Shown here in pieces: positions 46,410 through 57,799 of a stretch of DNA of 64,000 bases. A model generated the notes under the pieces. That model saw only the letters and a list, made by a program, of their open reading frames with translations. It had not been told where the DNA came from and did not search any database. Position numbers and translations under genes: made by a program. Numbering within the stretch: the first letter of the stretch is position 1; every line of letters begins with the position of its first letter. The DNA is from an uncultured virus (IMG/VR IMGVR_UViG_3300043775_002247) (Duplodnaviria > Heunggongvirae > Uroviricota > Caudoviricetes): the IMG/VR virus record IMGVR_UViG_3300043775_002247; one strand, written 5' to 3'.

Positions 46410-48899
46410 ATGGGATACATATTAAAAAATACACAAGGTTTACTTAGCACAAGGTTAACCGATACCGCAAGGTTAAAACTATCACAAGGTAGTTTTAATA
46501 TCTCTTATTTTCAAGTAGGTGATAGTGAGGTTTCTTACAATACATTAACAGGAACACCTTATAATCAATTCACAACAAATATTCTTGAACCCGCATTTAA
46601 TGCTCAGAATTCAACTGCTGCACCTGAAACAAACAAACAAAATGTTAAATACCCGTATTATGTTGATGGAATAACCGGTAACACATACGGAATTCCTTAT
46701 ATGGCATCAGTACCTCAAGCGGTTTATAATAGAGCCGCTATGAGAGGATTTTTTACAGGTAATACAACAGCAACTACAATTAATTGGAGTGCGTTAACAA
46801 ATAGCCAATACACAATTAACTCTAACTATCTTGTAGATATGTCTACATTAACAGGTGGTAGTGTTATTCAATTAGTGTATTCAGGGTGTAATTCAAATAT
46901 TGTAAGATTACCAATGATTGGTGATTTTGTTACAATATATTACGACGGTCAAGGTGAATACAATTGTTATTGTGACCCTAACCCAACACCTACACCAACT
47001 TCAACACCTACACCTACACCAACTTACGAGGCCAATCCAACTCCAACACCTACACCAACAATAACTAAGAGTGCTAACATATGTGACCAAGGTCCAACAC
47101 CAACACCTTCTTCAACTTGTTGTACTACACCTTTACCTCCAACTCCGACACCACCTGATTGTGAGATGTCAATGAGTAGTTGTTACCCAATATTAACTTA
47201 TAAAATTATAGATATCTGTAATGGTTTATATACATTAGACAGACCAACACCTGACTTTTCAAACTTTTCAAGTGGATGTTTCGCTAGAGTATTAGTATAC
47301 CCACCAAATATGACAACATTATACGATAGTATTACACCTAACTCACATTGGAATCAAAATGTTATTAATTTTGAATCTTTATGTAGTACGGATGAATCAG
47401 ATGTTAAGATTTGGAATATGAATATTCCTTGGTCGGAAAATCCTGCTGGATTGTATGATTCATTTTATAAAGGTTATCAATATTTTGGTTCAGCGTCTTA
47501 TTTAGGTAGTAAAGAATATTTTGGATATATGTCAGATAGTGGACAAACCGATACAAGTGTTGTTTATTATTATAATTCATTTGATGAACAAGTTGTTGTT
47601 CAACCAAGTGAGCAAAAAGCTATTGCTATTATTCACTATACTAATCAATCAATTGATTTCTTCTATGGTGAGAAATTTGCCTTTGAACCTTACGACTCTA
47701 ATAACCCTTCAGATACTACAGGTGAAGCTCGTAACTTTAGATTACATTTGCCGTGGTTAATGTGGCATAAAAATCCTGAATGTTGTAAAGGTCAAACTTT
47801 TTGGGTTGACCCTCCAGGATTTGACTCAGACACATTTCCTCAAATATTTAAAGACCAATATATTCTATCAACTAAAAATTTAGGTATGAATGACCCGGGT
47901 ATTAGATATTATAATTTATGGGACACTAATGTTAACGAGAGTACTGGTCTACCAAATAGAGTTGGTAAAGTATTCCCTGATTCACAAATTATCATTATTG
48001 ATGATGAAGAGATTATTGCCGCAATGTCTTACAAGTCAAACCGTAACTGGACATTACCGGCACCTAAAGTTGGGTTAACTACACCAAACACTTGTGTTGT
48101 TGAAAATAATCAACCAACAGTTAATGGTATATTAACTGCGGACACTGAATATATGTATGTAACTTATAGATTTAGTAATACCGATATTTTCACTAATTCA
48201 TTACATTGTAATTATTATACTAAAATTCAAGGGCCAAACATTTCTTGTGGTAATTTAACCGAACAAAACGTTTCAATTAGATTTGGAGCTGAATTCCCTT
48301 GTTTAAACCAACCAACGTTAATTCCAACCACAACTACCACAACAACAACAACAACGACTCTGTGTCCTTCCTGTGACTTAATTACAGGGTTTTATGCGGA
48401 CACATTCCAAGTTATTTGTCAAAAAGTAATTGGTACAGGTAGACCTAACCCGGATGATTGGAAAATCATTGATTTTACTTCACAAATAAGTGCAACTACT
48501 ATCAATGGATATTTAACCGTAGATAGTTTAACAGGTACAACATTTACCATTACTGAAGAAAATTACGCAGCTGCTGATGATTACAATTTAAATGATTATA
48601 TTCCATTAGTGTCAGGTAATACAACCACACCTTCATTAAATTTTGGTGATGAATATTATTTCTATGGTTCATTAGAAACTGATATTGAAGCAACTATCTA
48701 TGAAATGAAATATAAGATAAATCTTGGTCAAGCGGAGTTTCAATCGACCTCAAATCCTACATGGACTAAAGGAACAAGTTCATATATTACTGAAATTGGG
48801 CTTTACGATAACGAAATGAATCTTATGATTGTATCAAAGCTACAATCTCCTGTGTTAAGACAAGGGATTCAACAGTTTTTGGTTAAATTTGATTTCTAA
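46410..48899 (+). CDS. baseplate/tail-fibre attachment protein with PT tracts
   Basis: N-terminal RLTDTARLKL...ISYFQVGD and C-terminal YITEIGLYD...VSKL, typical of tail-fibre-proximal/baseplate domains; PT and poly-T linkers. Confidence 0.7.
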   Translation: MGYILKNTQGLLSTRLTDTARLKLSQGSFNISYFQVGDSEVSYNTLTGTPYNQFTTNILEPAFNAQNSTAAPETNKQNVKYPYYVDGITGNTYGIPYMASVPQAVYNRAAMRGFFTGNTTATTINWSALTNSQYTINSNYLVDMSTLTGGSVIQLVYSGCNSNIVRLPMIGDFVTIYYDGQGEYNCYCDPNPTPTPTSTPTPTPTYEANPTPTPTPTITKSANICDQGPTPTPSSTCCTTPLPPTPTPPDCEMSMSSCYPILTYKIIDICNGLYTLDRPTPDFSNFSSGCFARVLVYPPNMTTLYDSITPNSHWNQNVINFESLCSTDESDVKIWNMNIPWSENPAGLYDSFYKGYQYFGSASYLGSKEYFGYMSDSGQTDTSVVYYYNSFDEQVVVQPSEQKAIAIIHYTNQSIDFFYGEKFAFEPYDSNNPSDTTGEARNFRLHLPWLMWHKNPECCKGQTFWVDPPGFDSDTFPQIFKDQYILSTKNLGMNDPGIRYYNLWDTNVNESTGLPNRVGKVFPDSQIIIIDDEEIIAAMSYKSNRNWTLPAPKVGLTTPNTCVVENNQPTVNGILTADTEYMYVTYRFSNTDIFTNSLHCNYYTKIQGPNISCGNLTEQNVSIRFGAEFPCLNQPTLIPTTTTTTTTTTTLCPSCDLITGFYADTFQVICQKVIGTGRPNPDDWKIIDFTSQISATTINGYLTVDSLTGTTFTITEENYAAADDYNLNDYIPLVSGNTTTPSLNFGDEYYFYGSLETDIEATIYEMKYKINLGQAEFQSTSNPTWTKGTSSYITEIGLYDNEMNLMIVSKLQSPVLRQGIQQFLVKFDF

Positions 48900-48905
48900 T
48901 AAATT

Positions 48906-49505
48906 ATGAAAAAAACACTTAAAGAAAGTCCTAAAGTTTTAGGATTAGATGTGAGTACAAAAACAATTGGTTGGGCGTTATTTGATATACAAAGTCAACA
49001 ACTACTTGAATTAACTCATATATCACCCATACCAAAACCGAAAGAAGAAAATAAAATAAAAGAATTACTTTTAAAGGGTCAAATCTTTAGAACTAAACTT
49101 TTAGAATATAAAGATATGGGGATTACTAAAGTGATTATTGAAGAACCTTTATTAAACTCAAATAATGTTTACACTGTTCAAACTTTATTAAGATTCAATA
49201 CTTTAGTCACAAAAGAAATATATGACGTATTAGGTGTTGTACCTAACTTTATATCAACATACAATTCTCGTAAGTTTGCCTTTCCGGAATTAACTCAATT
49301 AAACGATAAAGGTAAATACGTACTATTCGGAGGACTTCCTAAAGACATTGACAAGAAAATGATTATATGGGATTTAATTGCCAAAAGAGAACCTCAAATC
49401 ACTTGGTTATACACAAGAAACAATACTCTGAAAAAAGAAAATTTTGACCAAACAGACGCTTACTGTTGTGTTATAGGTCATATGAAACAAGAAAAAATAT
49501 GGTAA
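48906..49505 (+). CDS. RuvC-like Holliday junction resolvase
   Basis: VLGLDVSTKTIGW, VIIEEP and DQTDAY acidic catalytic pattern. Confidence 0.82.
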   Translation: MKKTLKESPKVLGLDVSTKTIGWALFDIQSQQLLELTHISPIPKPKEENKIKELLLKGQIFRTKLLEYKDMGITKVIIEEPLLNSNNVYTVQTLLRFNTLVTKEIYDVLGVVPNFISTYNSRKFAFPELTQLNDKGKYVLFGGLPKDIDKKMIIWDLIAKREPQITWLYTRNNTLKKENFDQTDAYCCVIGHMKQEKIW

Positions 49506-49540
49506 AAAAATAACCCCCTTTTAACGAGGGGGTTTTTTAT
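49504..49540. terminator. bidirectional intrinsic terminator
   Basis: aaccccct...agggggtt hairpin with A and T tracts between convergent blocks. Confidence 0.82.
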
Positions 49541-52500
49541 TATTGACAATCACCTGCAGTCACAAAAATTTCTAAAGTATCTGTTGGTAAAATTGTTACA
49601 CCCGTAAATGAAACATCTATAAATAAAACCCCACTTGAGAATGTCCCTATTTGTGACGCTGCTACAGAACCATTAACGATTAATGAAATACAAATATTTG
49701 TATTTGATTCATTAATTGATTGAATCGTAATAAATATAGTTTCATTGTTAATACCGTTATGTGTACCATACATAGGATTTAAGACCCCTACAGGGAAATT
49801 ATATGTATTATCATATAGGTAGAACGGTGGTTGTACATCTATGATTTGCGAATCATCTTTTGTAACACTAATAAGGAAATTATTTGTTGGTTCTAAAATT
49901 AATTCAATATCTTTCTCGCATAATCCACAAGCATCAACAGCACCATTTTGTGAATCGTAAATACCATTACCAATTGTTGTAAAATAATTAGTGTTCCAAA
50001 TTTGAACATTAAATTGTGGTGGTAAGTTTGTTGGTTGTCCATTATAAATTTCTCTTAATATCCAACACGTTACCTTACCATTTTCATCAGTAAAAGTAAA
50101 TCCGTCACCAACACCTAATAAAGGATTTACTAATATAGGTTGTAAAATTAAGTAGGCCGGTCCCTCAGTATTAACATCAACTTCACATGATGTATATAAA
50201 TACCATAATTGTTTTGAACTAGGAGTTGGTGTCATAGTTGATGTAGGTGTTTGAGTTGGTGTTAATGTTTGAGTTTGAGTTGGCGTTAATGTTGGTGTTT
50301 GAGTTGGTGTTGGTGTTAATGTTTGTGTTAATGTTTGAGTAGGAGTCGGAGTTGGTGTTAATCCAGCAGTTGATGTAAGAGTTTGAGTTGGTGTTGGAGT
50401 TTGAGTTAATGTTTGAGTTGGTGTTGGAGTTTGTGTTGGAGTTTGTGTTGGAGTTTGTGTTGGCGGTAAACTACAATATTGACATGAAATATTATATTCA
50501 ATAAACATATCAACAGTAACATCAGTTGTCACTAAATATTGTTCTTGACATTTAGCAATTATTTGAATTCCGTTGTTTAATGGGTCAATGTTAACTTGAG
50601 CGACTTGGTCAAAAGTTTCTAATAACGCGACTAAAGCGTCAAAATATTCATTATCTGTTGGAAAATCATTTAAAGCATAACTTGTATAAAACTCTGAAGT
50701 TTCTGTTACATCACCAATAGTTGCAACTATATTAAAAATTGCTTGATTAAGTAAACAATTTGTATATCCTGATGTTAAATCATAATAACCTTCATTCAAC
50801 ATTTCTTTAGGACCTTTTTTAACTAATTCCCCAATGTTTTCAAATTCACTATCACAAATATTAAATGTTTGAAATGATGAGATAGAGTCAAACCCATCTA
50901 TTGTTACCTCTCTAATTTTAACACACGCTTCACTATCCGTGATTTGTAAACTGTATGTTCCGGCACTTAAATTACTTAAATAATACCCTGTTTGACCATT
51001 TACGTTATTACTCCATAATAATGTGAATGGAGGTGTTCCACTTGTAATATATGCTGAAACTGTACCATCATTACCATTGTTAGCATCAGTACCTGATAAC
51101 ATAAAATCAACGTTGTTTGATGGGTTAATCATAAAACTACTTGTTTGTTTACAAATAATACCAGGAGTTGATTCTGTTATTTCTAACGAATAATCTCCGG
51201 AATATAAATCAATAAAAGTATATGCACTTAATGGTGTTTGGATAGAGTCATAAGAAAATTCACCCCCAACAGTATATGTGTAAGGCGGTGTACCACCTGA
51301 TACTGTAATCATTACATAACCATTATTTAAATTACATATTGTATCTGTAGTATCTGCAGTAAACGTAAATAAAGGAATATTATTTATGGTGATAGGTGGA
51401 CTAACATAAGTACAACCTCCATTATCAGAAATAGTTAAAGTATATGTCCCCGTCGCTAAATTAGAAAAAATCCAACTTCTAAAATCAGTAGGTTCAATAA
51501 TACTATTACCTAAAGAATCTGTTAAAGTATAAGTAAAAGGAACTGCACCACCACTTACCTGAATATCTATTTTACCATCACTATTACCACAATTTGAATT
51601 AGTTGTCGTTACACTTACGATATTAAACCCGTTTGGTGGAATAATTGTTGTTGTTGGAGTTATTTTACATAAAGCTGCGTCAGTAACTTCAACAGCAAAT
51701 GGTCCACCACCAATATTATAAAATGTTTGAGATGAACTAAAAGAAACCTCTATAACACCTGTCGATGCTGAATAATAATATGGTCCAGTCCCTCCTGTAA
51801 TTACAAGAGTCACTTGACCATCATTATTAAAACATGTTGGTGGTATGGCGGTAAACGACCCAAAACCTAATGGTTCAACTTCAGTAACTGTTGCTGTTTG
51901 AGATAGGGTACACCCTAAACTATCAGTAATAAGAACAGAATAACTACCCGCAGTCAATCCTGTAATAAAATCGTCTGTCCCTCCATTAGACCATAAATAA
52001 GTAAATGGTGGTGTTCCGGTAAGACCTGTTACATATATTTTCCCCGAATCAACATTAGCACATCCGGAATCCATTACAGTATAAAATCCCCACGTAATAT
52101 TTGTCGAAGGTTGAATAATAGTTGTTTCACTCTGACCACTACATCCACCACCATCGTCAGCATTAACATAGTATATACCCGGAGATAAATTATTAAAAAT
52201 ATAATTATTGGTAAATGATGCGCCTGAAGTAATAAAACCTGTTAAGGTATTATACAAACTAAACGTACTTATACCATAAAGATTAGACGTTTGTCCTGTT
52301 ATTGACCCATTATTGTCATTACACGTCGTGTTAGATATTCCAACAATACTTGCACATGTACCACTAGATATGTTAATATTCACCGGCAATGAACTCATAG
52401 TGGGTGAACATGAATCAAGAATGTTAAATGAATATGTTCCCGCGGACAATGTAGTCGCGGTATAACCTGTAACTCCGACACCTAATACAATAGTCCCTAA

Positions 52501-52629
52501 AGCAGGATTAACCCACTGAATACTATAATCCGGTGCGGTTCCAGTTATATCAATACTAAAACCACCTAAATTAGAATTAGTACAATCTCCCGATAAACTC
52601 GTTAATACATATGATAAACTACAAGCCAT
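49540..52629 (-). CDS. SprB-repeat protein with a long T/P/Q linker, putative virion adhesin
   Basis: Repeated G[GT]TPP[FY]TYxWSN...LxAGxYSxxITDSxxC units; TPTQTPT tract. Confidence 0.82.
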   Translation of the reverse strand: MACSLSYVLTSLSGDCTNSNLGGFSIDITGTAPDYSIQWVNPALGTIVLGVGVTGYTATTLSAGTYSFNILDSCSPTMSSLPVNINISSGTCASIVGISNTTCNDNNGSITGQTSNLYGISTFSLYNTLTGFITSGASFTNNYIFNNLSPGIYYVNADDGGGCSGQSETTIIQPSTNITWGFYTVMDSGCANVDSGKIYVTGLTGTPPFTYLWSNGGTDDFITGLTAGSYSVLITDSLGCTLSQTATVTEVEPLGFGSFTAIPPTCFNNDGQVTLVITGGTGPYYYSASTGVIEVSFSSSQTFYNIGGGPFAVEVTDAALCKITPTTTIIPPNGFNIVSVTTTNSNCGNSDGKIDIQVSGGAVPFTYTLTDSLGNSIIEPTDFRSWIFSNLATGTYTLTISDNGGCTYVSPPITINNIPLFTFTADTTDTICNLNNGYVMITVSGGTPPYTYTVGGEFSYDSIQTPLSAYTFIDLYSGDYSLEITESTPGIICKQTSSFMINPSNNVDFMLSGTDANNGNDGTVSAYITSGTPPFTLLWSNNVNGQTGYYLSNLSAGTYSLQITDSEACVKIREVTIDGFDSISSFQTFNICDSEFENIGELVKKGPKEMLNEGYYDLTSGYTNCLLNQAIFNIVATIGDVTETSEFYTSYALNDFPTDNEYFDALVALLETFDQVAQVNIDPLNNGIQIIAKCQEQYLVTTDVTVDMFIEYNISCQYCSLPPTQTPTQTPTQTPTPTQTLTQTPTPTQTLTSTAGLTPTPTPTQTLTQTLTPTPTQTPTLTPTQTQTLTPTQTPTSTMTPTPSSKQLWYLYTSCEVDVNTEGPAYLILQPILVNPLLGVGDGFTFTDENGKVTCWILREIYNGQPTNLPPQFNVQIWNTNYFTTIGNGIYDSQNGAVDACGLCEKDIELILEPTNNFLISVTKDDSQIIDVQPPFYLYDNTYNFPVGVLNPMYGTHNGINNETIFITIQSINESNTNICISLIVNGSVAASQIGTFSSGVLFIDVSFTGVTILPTDTLEIFVTAGDCQ
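50219..50465 (-). repeat. mucin-like T/P/Q low-complexity tract
   Basis: Tandem gtttgagttggtgtt-type repeats encoding TPTQTPTQT. Confidence 0.9.
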
Positions 52630-55600
52630 TAATTACATAAAATTTCAAAATTTATTCCAACATTCAATTTAAAATTGATTCCCGAATCATTTACCGAACA
52701 AATTGAACTATAAATAACCACATCGGTATCATTTAAAATATACTCAAAACCATACAAATCTAAACCATTTAAAGCAGGTATTAACGCAGCATCCCATTGA
52801 GCTGTTGTTGGTGAACTCAAACCAGTGTTTGTATATCCTATACCCGTAAAGAATTGATATTGGACAACCACAACATCATCTAAACTTAACACCACATACC
52901 AAGTACTTTTTAAAGTATTCAGTTTACAATCATCTAACTCATAACCTTGTGGCTCCAAATAATTAGTTAACAGATATCCTAACACCGCACTAAATTCTGT
53001 CAATAGAGGATTAGTTTGCCACGGATAGATTGAACATTGTACCGATTGGACATAACAATCATAGGTATACAGGTTGCTAGTCATTGAACATGGGTTACAA
53101 GGTACAGGTATTAATTGACAACCCTCTTGTCTTCTCCAAACAAATTTTTGTCTATGAAATATAGAATTTTCGTATTTAACACCCGTATTCCATATTGTAC
53201 TTGCTGGAACCATTTGTTCAACTAATCTTACCCAATAATCACCCATTCCATCTACATACTCAATCATGTTAGTATAATTAAAACTACCATCCGGTACCCC
53301 AGCTAAATTCTGAGCGTCTAAATATTTCCAATAAATTGACTGAAGGGTTGGATACCCCATTGTTTTACCATCAGTAGAGAATTGTCTATTTCTAACATTA
53401 ATCATGTTTTTCCAAAATGTTTGGGCGAACTCAAAGAATGTCTTACGTTTTGGTTGTGGATTTATTTCCGTCCAATCCACTCCACCCCTCATCGGATAAT
53501 TCGACACAGGATTTGGGTCACAATATGTTGGTTGAACATAATTTAAACCTTCATTTGGTATTGGAAAATTATATTCCCTTGACATAACCCATACATCATA
53601 TGAAAGACCTTGAGCCGGATTCAAAAATAAATCGGTATTTTTAGCGTTAAGAACTAACGCATCATTTGTTGTAAAATATCTTGCATTGTATCCACCTTCT
53701 AAATTTGAACGTAGTCCAACTTCGGTATCAACCCAACTTTTATTATTATCAATAGTTTGAGTTAGATTGTACCCTAAAGTCATAAAAGGAAAATCTCTAA
53801 ACCTATTGAAATATTCTTGACCATAACTATATGGTGTTAGAACTGTTTGATAATTAGGGTTGGCACCTGTAAATACACTATTAGTAAAACTTACTTCTTC
53901 AGGGGCTCTATGTTTTGGTGTTTGTTCAAACCATCCACTACCTTTTTCAAAGAAAAAATCTTCAGTATTTGGCGGTGCTTTAGGAAATCCTAAATCATCC
54001 ATCGGATACTCGTCTTTAGTTATATTAACATCTTGGATTACTGTGGTTGTTGTGAAACCAGTGTATTCAATATTTCTTAATCTGTATGTATTACCCGCCT
54101 CAAGTGTTGGTAGTTCTTGAGTATATGTACCACCCGATATTTGAGCAAACTGTGTGTTGAATTGATTAACATTAATTCTTTGGTCAGCCAAATAAATGTA
54201 TTCGTTAAATTCAACTAAAGCATCAGGAGCACCAATTAAAGCCATTAACGTTTCAATTGATTTTCTTGTACCTTTTGATTTAAACAAGTAAGCCGAGTTC
54301 AATATTAAATTTCTATAATATTGATAATTTAACTCATCCGGAGTAGTTGCGTCTGAAATACCCGGATATTGAGACCTATCAGTATTTGTTTGACCAAAAA
54401 CTGAACTTAAAAAGTCATCAGTAGAAACAGGAGACATATTTGTTTGCCACCCTAATGTTTGTGCTAAGTTTTTAAGTAATTGAGATGGAATATCATCACC
54501 AGGGTTATAATGAACTGAATTCATAAACGCTAACGCACTTATGAATTTATTTGTTTCGTCAAAACTTCTACCGTAGATTTGTAATACCTTTTCCATTTTT
54601 TGACCTATTGTGTCAAACTCTTGGAACGCACCGGTAGTTAAAAATCTTGCAACAATATTGGTCTTATACTCATCCATTGTTACACCAATATCATTTAATT
54701 GAACTAAATAATTAGTGAACGCATTTGTAACTATATCTAAATTCCAAGAACCATTTAATGGGAATGTTATAAATTCCTGTGAAGAAAAATATGTCCCATC
54801 TTCAGCGTCTCTTGGTACATTAAAACTTGCTGTATATTTTGGTGTAACATTTCTATTTAAAAGAAAATTTTCAACCTCATCTAAATGTTCATTGAAAATT
54901 CTATTAACCTCATAATCATTTGGTCTAATAACTAAATCATCAAAAGTAACTGTTTGAAATGGAAATGGGTGACCACTAACACTTATGTTTAAAGTCCCCG
55001 ATGTCATTGAGGTTGTTGGAATAATTGCCGTAACATTATATCCATTACCATTATAATATAAACTATAATTAGCATATTGAACCGTCATATCTCTAAGTGA
55101 AGATACCTGAATTTCTTTTAATTCCAAGTTTCTAGTTGAGTTAATGGTAAAATCAATTGCAAATGGATTCCTTAAACGAGCAATATCTAAATCAAAACTA
55201 GTGATATTATCAATCTCATTATAAGTTATATTTGTTGCAGTTTCACCTTTAATATAGTTCTCACCCATAAGAGTCGCTTCAAGTGCCGCAGGAAATTTTG
55301 CAATAATTGTTTCAACAGCTGTGGATAATCTTTTTACTAAAGACCCGTATTGAGTAAAATTAGTAATTTGACTTAAATCAAAATTTGGGTAAACTTTAAA
55401 GTTATTTTCAAATATGGTTCTTGACTGAAGAGTACTTTCTAAACCTAACCCTTCTAAACTAATTGGGTCAGAAAATGTTCCGGTGTTAAAAGTTCTATTT
55501 GTTTTTTCATTAAAAGAAGTCGCAAATTCAAAATTACCCTGTGTCAAACCACCCCCCGTAACTAGTTGGAAACCAACTAAATCATCAGAGAATGAACTTG

Positions 55601-55646
55601 CACCGGATGGACCTTGTGGAGGACATGTAAATTTTTGTAATGCCAT
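52629..55646 (-). CDS. baseplate wedge-like protein
   Basis: [11 protein letters not shown]...[21 protein letters not shown] resembles the P2 gpI/T4 gp7-type motif. Confidence 0.65.
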   Translation of the reverse strand: MALQKFTCPPQGPSGASSFSDDLVGFQLVTGGGLTQGNFEFATSFNEKTNRTFNTGTFSDPISLEGLGLESTLQSRTIFENNFKVYPNFDLSQITNFTQYGSLVKRLSTAVETIIAKFPAALEATLMGENYIKGETATNITYNEIDNITSFDLDIARLRNPFAIDFTINSTRNLELKEIQVSSLRDMTVQYANYSLYYNGNGYNVTAIIPTTSMTSGTLNISVSGHPFPFQTVTFDDLVIRPNDYEVNRIFNEHLDEVENFLLNRNVTPKYTASFNVPRDAEDGTYFSSQEFITFPLNGSWNLDIVTNAFTNYLVQLNDIGVTMDEYKTNIVARFLTTGAFQEFDTIGQKMEKVLQIYGRSFDETNKFISALAFMNSVHYNPGDDIPSQLLKNLAQTLGWQTNMSPVSTDDFLSSVFGQTNTDRSQYPGISDATTPDELNYQYYRNLILNSAYLFKSKGTRKSIETLMALIGAPDALVEFNEYIYLADQRINVNQFNTQFAQISGGTYTQELPTLEAGNTYRLRNIEYTGFTTTTVIQDVNITKDEYPMDDLGFPKAPPNTEDFFFEKGSGWFEQTPKHRAPEEVSFTNSVFTGANPNYQTVLTPYSYGQEYFNRFRDFPFMTLGYNLTQTIDNNKSWVDTEVGLRSNLEGGYNARYFTTNDALVLNAKNTDLFLNPAQGLSYDVWVMSREYNFPIPNEGLNYVQPTYCDPNPVSNYPMRGGVDWTEINPQPKRKTFFEFAQTFWKNMINVRNRQFSTDGKTMGYPTLQSIYWKYLDAQNLAGVPDGSFNYTNMIEYVDGMGDYWVRLVEQMVPASTIWNTGVKYENSIFHRQKFVWRRQEGCQLIPVPCNPCSMTSNLYTYDCYVQSVQCSIYPWQTNPLLTEFSAVLGYLLTNYLEPQGYELDDCKLNTLKSTWYVVLSLDDVVVVQYQFFTGIGYTNTGLSSPTTAQWDAALIPALNGLDLYGFEYILNDTDVVIYSSICSVNDSGINFKLNVGINFEILCN

Positions 55647-56563
55647 TATTCAGTTATGTTTGTAAAGTTTTTACTAAAATCAATATTATCACCTCTATTT
55701 TGTCTAACTTCGTATAATAACGTATTAAATTGGTCTCTAATTTCGTATAAGTTATATTGTTGGTAAATGTTGTTATTTGCGTCGTAAATAGTGTAAATAC
55801 CATCATCCATAGATTTAGTTTGATTACCATAAAGAGCAATCGCCAATGTTGAGAAATCTTGGTCCGCAATCTCTATATCAAGTGTTATAGGATTAAAGAA
55901 GGTATTCGACATTATTATAGTTTGATTTGGCTGCCCAATATATGGTGTAGCATTTGGTTTGTTTGTCGGAGATGACGACGGAGAAACCGTACAAAAGATT
56001 AGATTTGTATTGTTATCAGTATATCTATATCTAATTGCTTTTTGTGACGTATTTGTTAAATTTTGAACAACCGGTTCACAAAAGAATGATGATGTTACAA
56101 TTCTAAAGAAATTAGGTATTTTTGTCCCATCAGAGTTTAAATACTCAATTCTAAAACCAACCAAACCTTGATTCACAAATTTATTTCTAAATTGACTTGG
56201 AACATCATTCAAATCAATAACAAGTCCTTTTACGTTAGGTAATGATGATAACACACCACAATCTAATATACTCGTTCTAATCTCCGCAGGTCTTATGTAT
56301 AAGGTATAGATACCTAATTGGTTAAATTGTTCCGCTGGCAATCTTAAATTGTACAATCCACCTAATATTTCAACATTAGGGTTAGGACTTGAAGGATTTG
56401 TCTGTGAATTATTAAAATAAGGTCTCAATATAGATACCGCATCTAACTTTGTTAATACAAAATTATCTGTTTCATCTCTTGATGGTGTATAATTAAGAAT
56501 GATGTCTACATCCTCCGGTGATACATCTGCCGGTCTTATCGTTCCATATGTTCCTGTTGCCAT
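55646..56563 (-). CDS. putative structural protein
   Basis: 305 aa, coupled (TAATG) to the baseplate-like gene. Confidence 0.7.
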   Translation of the reverse strand: MATGTYGTIRPADVSPEDVDIILNYTPSRDETDNFVLTKLDAVSILRPYFNNSQTNPSSPNPNVEILGGLYNLRLPAEQFNQLGIYTLYIRPAEIRTSILDCGVLSSLPNVKGLVIDLNDVPSQFRNKFVNQGLVGFRIEYLNSDGTKIPNFFRIVTSSFFCEPVVQNLTNTSQKAIRYRYTDNNTNLIFCTVSPSSSPTNKPNATPYIGQPNQTIIMSNTFFNPITLDIEIADQDFSTLAIALYGNQTKSMDDGIYTIYDANNNIYQQYNLYEIRDQFNTLLYEVRQNRGDNIDFSKNFTNITE

Positions 56564-56572
56564 ATTATTATT

Positions 56573-57799
56573 TTAATCTATTTTTATTATGTTGAAATAT
56601 TTATAACCATATTTTTCAAGGTCACCTAAATTATCCACTTCTCCCAATCTTTCCATTGATTCAAATCCGGAAACTTTTCCTCTCTCTATAAATACATTGG
56701 ATTGAACTTCTGGCTCATCAATTACATTTAATAATGCTTCATTTTTTACAATTGGTTCACATACCGTATCTATTTGTGTTACACCACTAACTACAAAGAC
56801 GGTTGTACCATCACTAAAATCATAGTAATCAACACCATTTATTGTATACCCGGTGTATAATTGATTACCGTTTGCACTTCCACCCCAATATGTCCCGACA
56901 ACACCTGTAGTACCTGTTATCTGAACACCAACCTTATAATACCCGTCATCTAAATCTTGTTTTTTACCATAAACCCTTAAATCTGATACCGTTGATTGAG
57001 TGTATCCACTAACAACTAATGGTACGGTTAAATAAGGATTAACACCACTTTGATAAGTTTCACAACTCGCATCACCACTATAAATAAAGTCATAACAAAT
57101 TGGTGTTGCCGACCAACTACCGCCCATAGGAGTAAAACAAGTTGTACCTTTTGGGTCTAATATAGTTGCGTTAGTAAATGGTACTGTGACCGTTTTCTTC
57201 ACTACATTAGAACCCCACGGACTCATACCTGACATACTAATCGTAAATTCACCGGATTGTGAGTATGGATGTGAATAAAAATTAGGACTGACATTTGTAA
57301 CTGTTTGTTTTGGTGTACCATCACCCCAATCTATTTCATAAGACGAAAATTCTAAATATTTTTTAAACTCAACATCAGAAGTATTATAAAAATTGTAAGT
57401 ATATGCTGATAAAGTATTGGCCGAAAATAAAAAGTTAGTCATAACTTCTTGTTGGATAATCATACCATCAAATACAGAATAATACCCAACGTCCACGGTA
57501 TTTTCAGTTATTAATATTGGAATAGTCATTCCGGTTAATAATGATGTGCCTCGTTTGAGTGTTGCTTTTGAAATATTAGAAGTCGCTGTTGTTCCCGTAG
57601 CACCTGTTAATATTTGAGTCATTGATGAATATACATAAGCAGACCCATCAATATATTTGGTCACTTCTCTAGTATATATGTCACAACAAAAAGGAATTTT
57701 TTGTTCTTCAAGATATGGGTCACCGATATAATTAATTTTAAAAATATCCCCGTTTATAACTTCAGGTGATATTCTTATACGATAGGTGTTTGCACTCAT
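56573..57799 (-). CDS. putative structural protein with a PKD-like domain
   Basis: YEIDWGDG...SHPYSQSGEFTI. Confidence 0.7.
   Translation of the reverse strand: MSANTYRIRISPEVINGDIFKINYIGDPYLEEQKIPFCCDIYTREVTKYIDGSAYVYSSMTQILTGATGTTATSNISKATLKRGTSLLTGMTIPILITENTVDVGYYSVFDGMIIQQEVMTNFLFSANTLSAYTYNFYNTSDVEFKKYLEFSSYEIDWGDGTPKQTVTNVSPNFYSHPYSQSGEFTISMSGMSPWGSNVVKKTVTVPFTNATILDPKGTTCFTPMGGSWSATPICYDFIYSGDASCETYQSGVNPYLTVPLVVSGYTQSTVSDLRVYGKKQDLDDGYYKVGVQITGTTGVVGTYWGGSANGNQLYTGYTINGVDYYDFSDGTTVFVVSGVTQIDTVCEPIVKNEALLNVIDEPEVQSNVFIERGKVSGFESMERLGEVDNLGDLEKYGYKYFNIIKID

Noticed and set aside
33195..52629. Eukaryotic or giant-virus origin, suggested by the mucin-like, LRR and plant-like GT features
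   Set aside because: The sigma70 factor, amidase, LysM protein, intrinsic terminators, overlapping operonic genes and baseplate motifs indicate a bacteriophage
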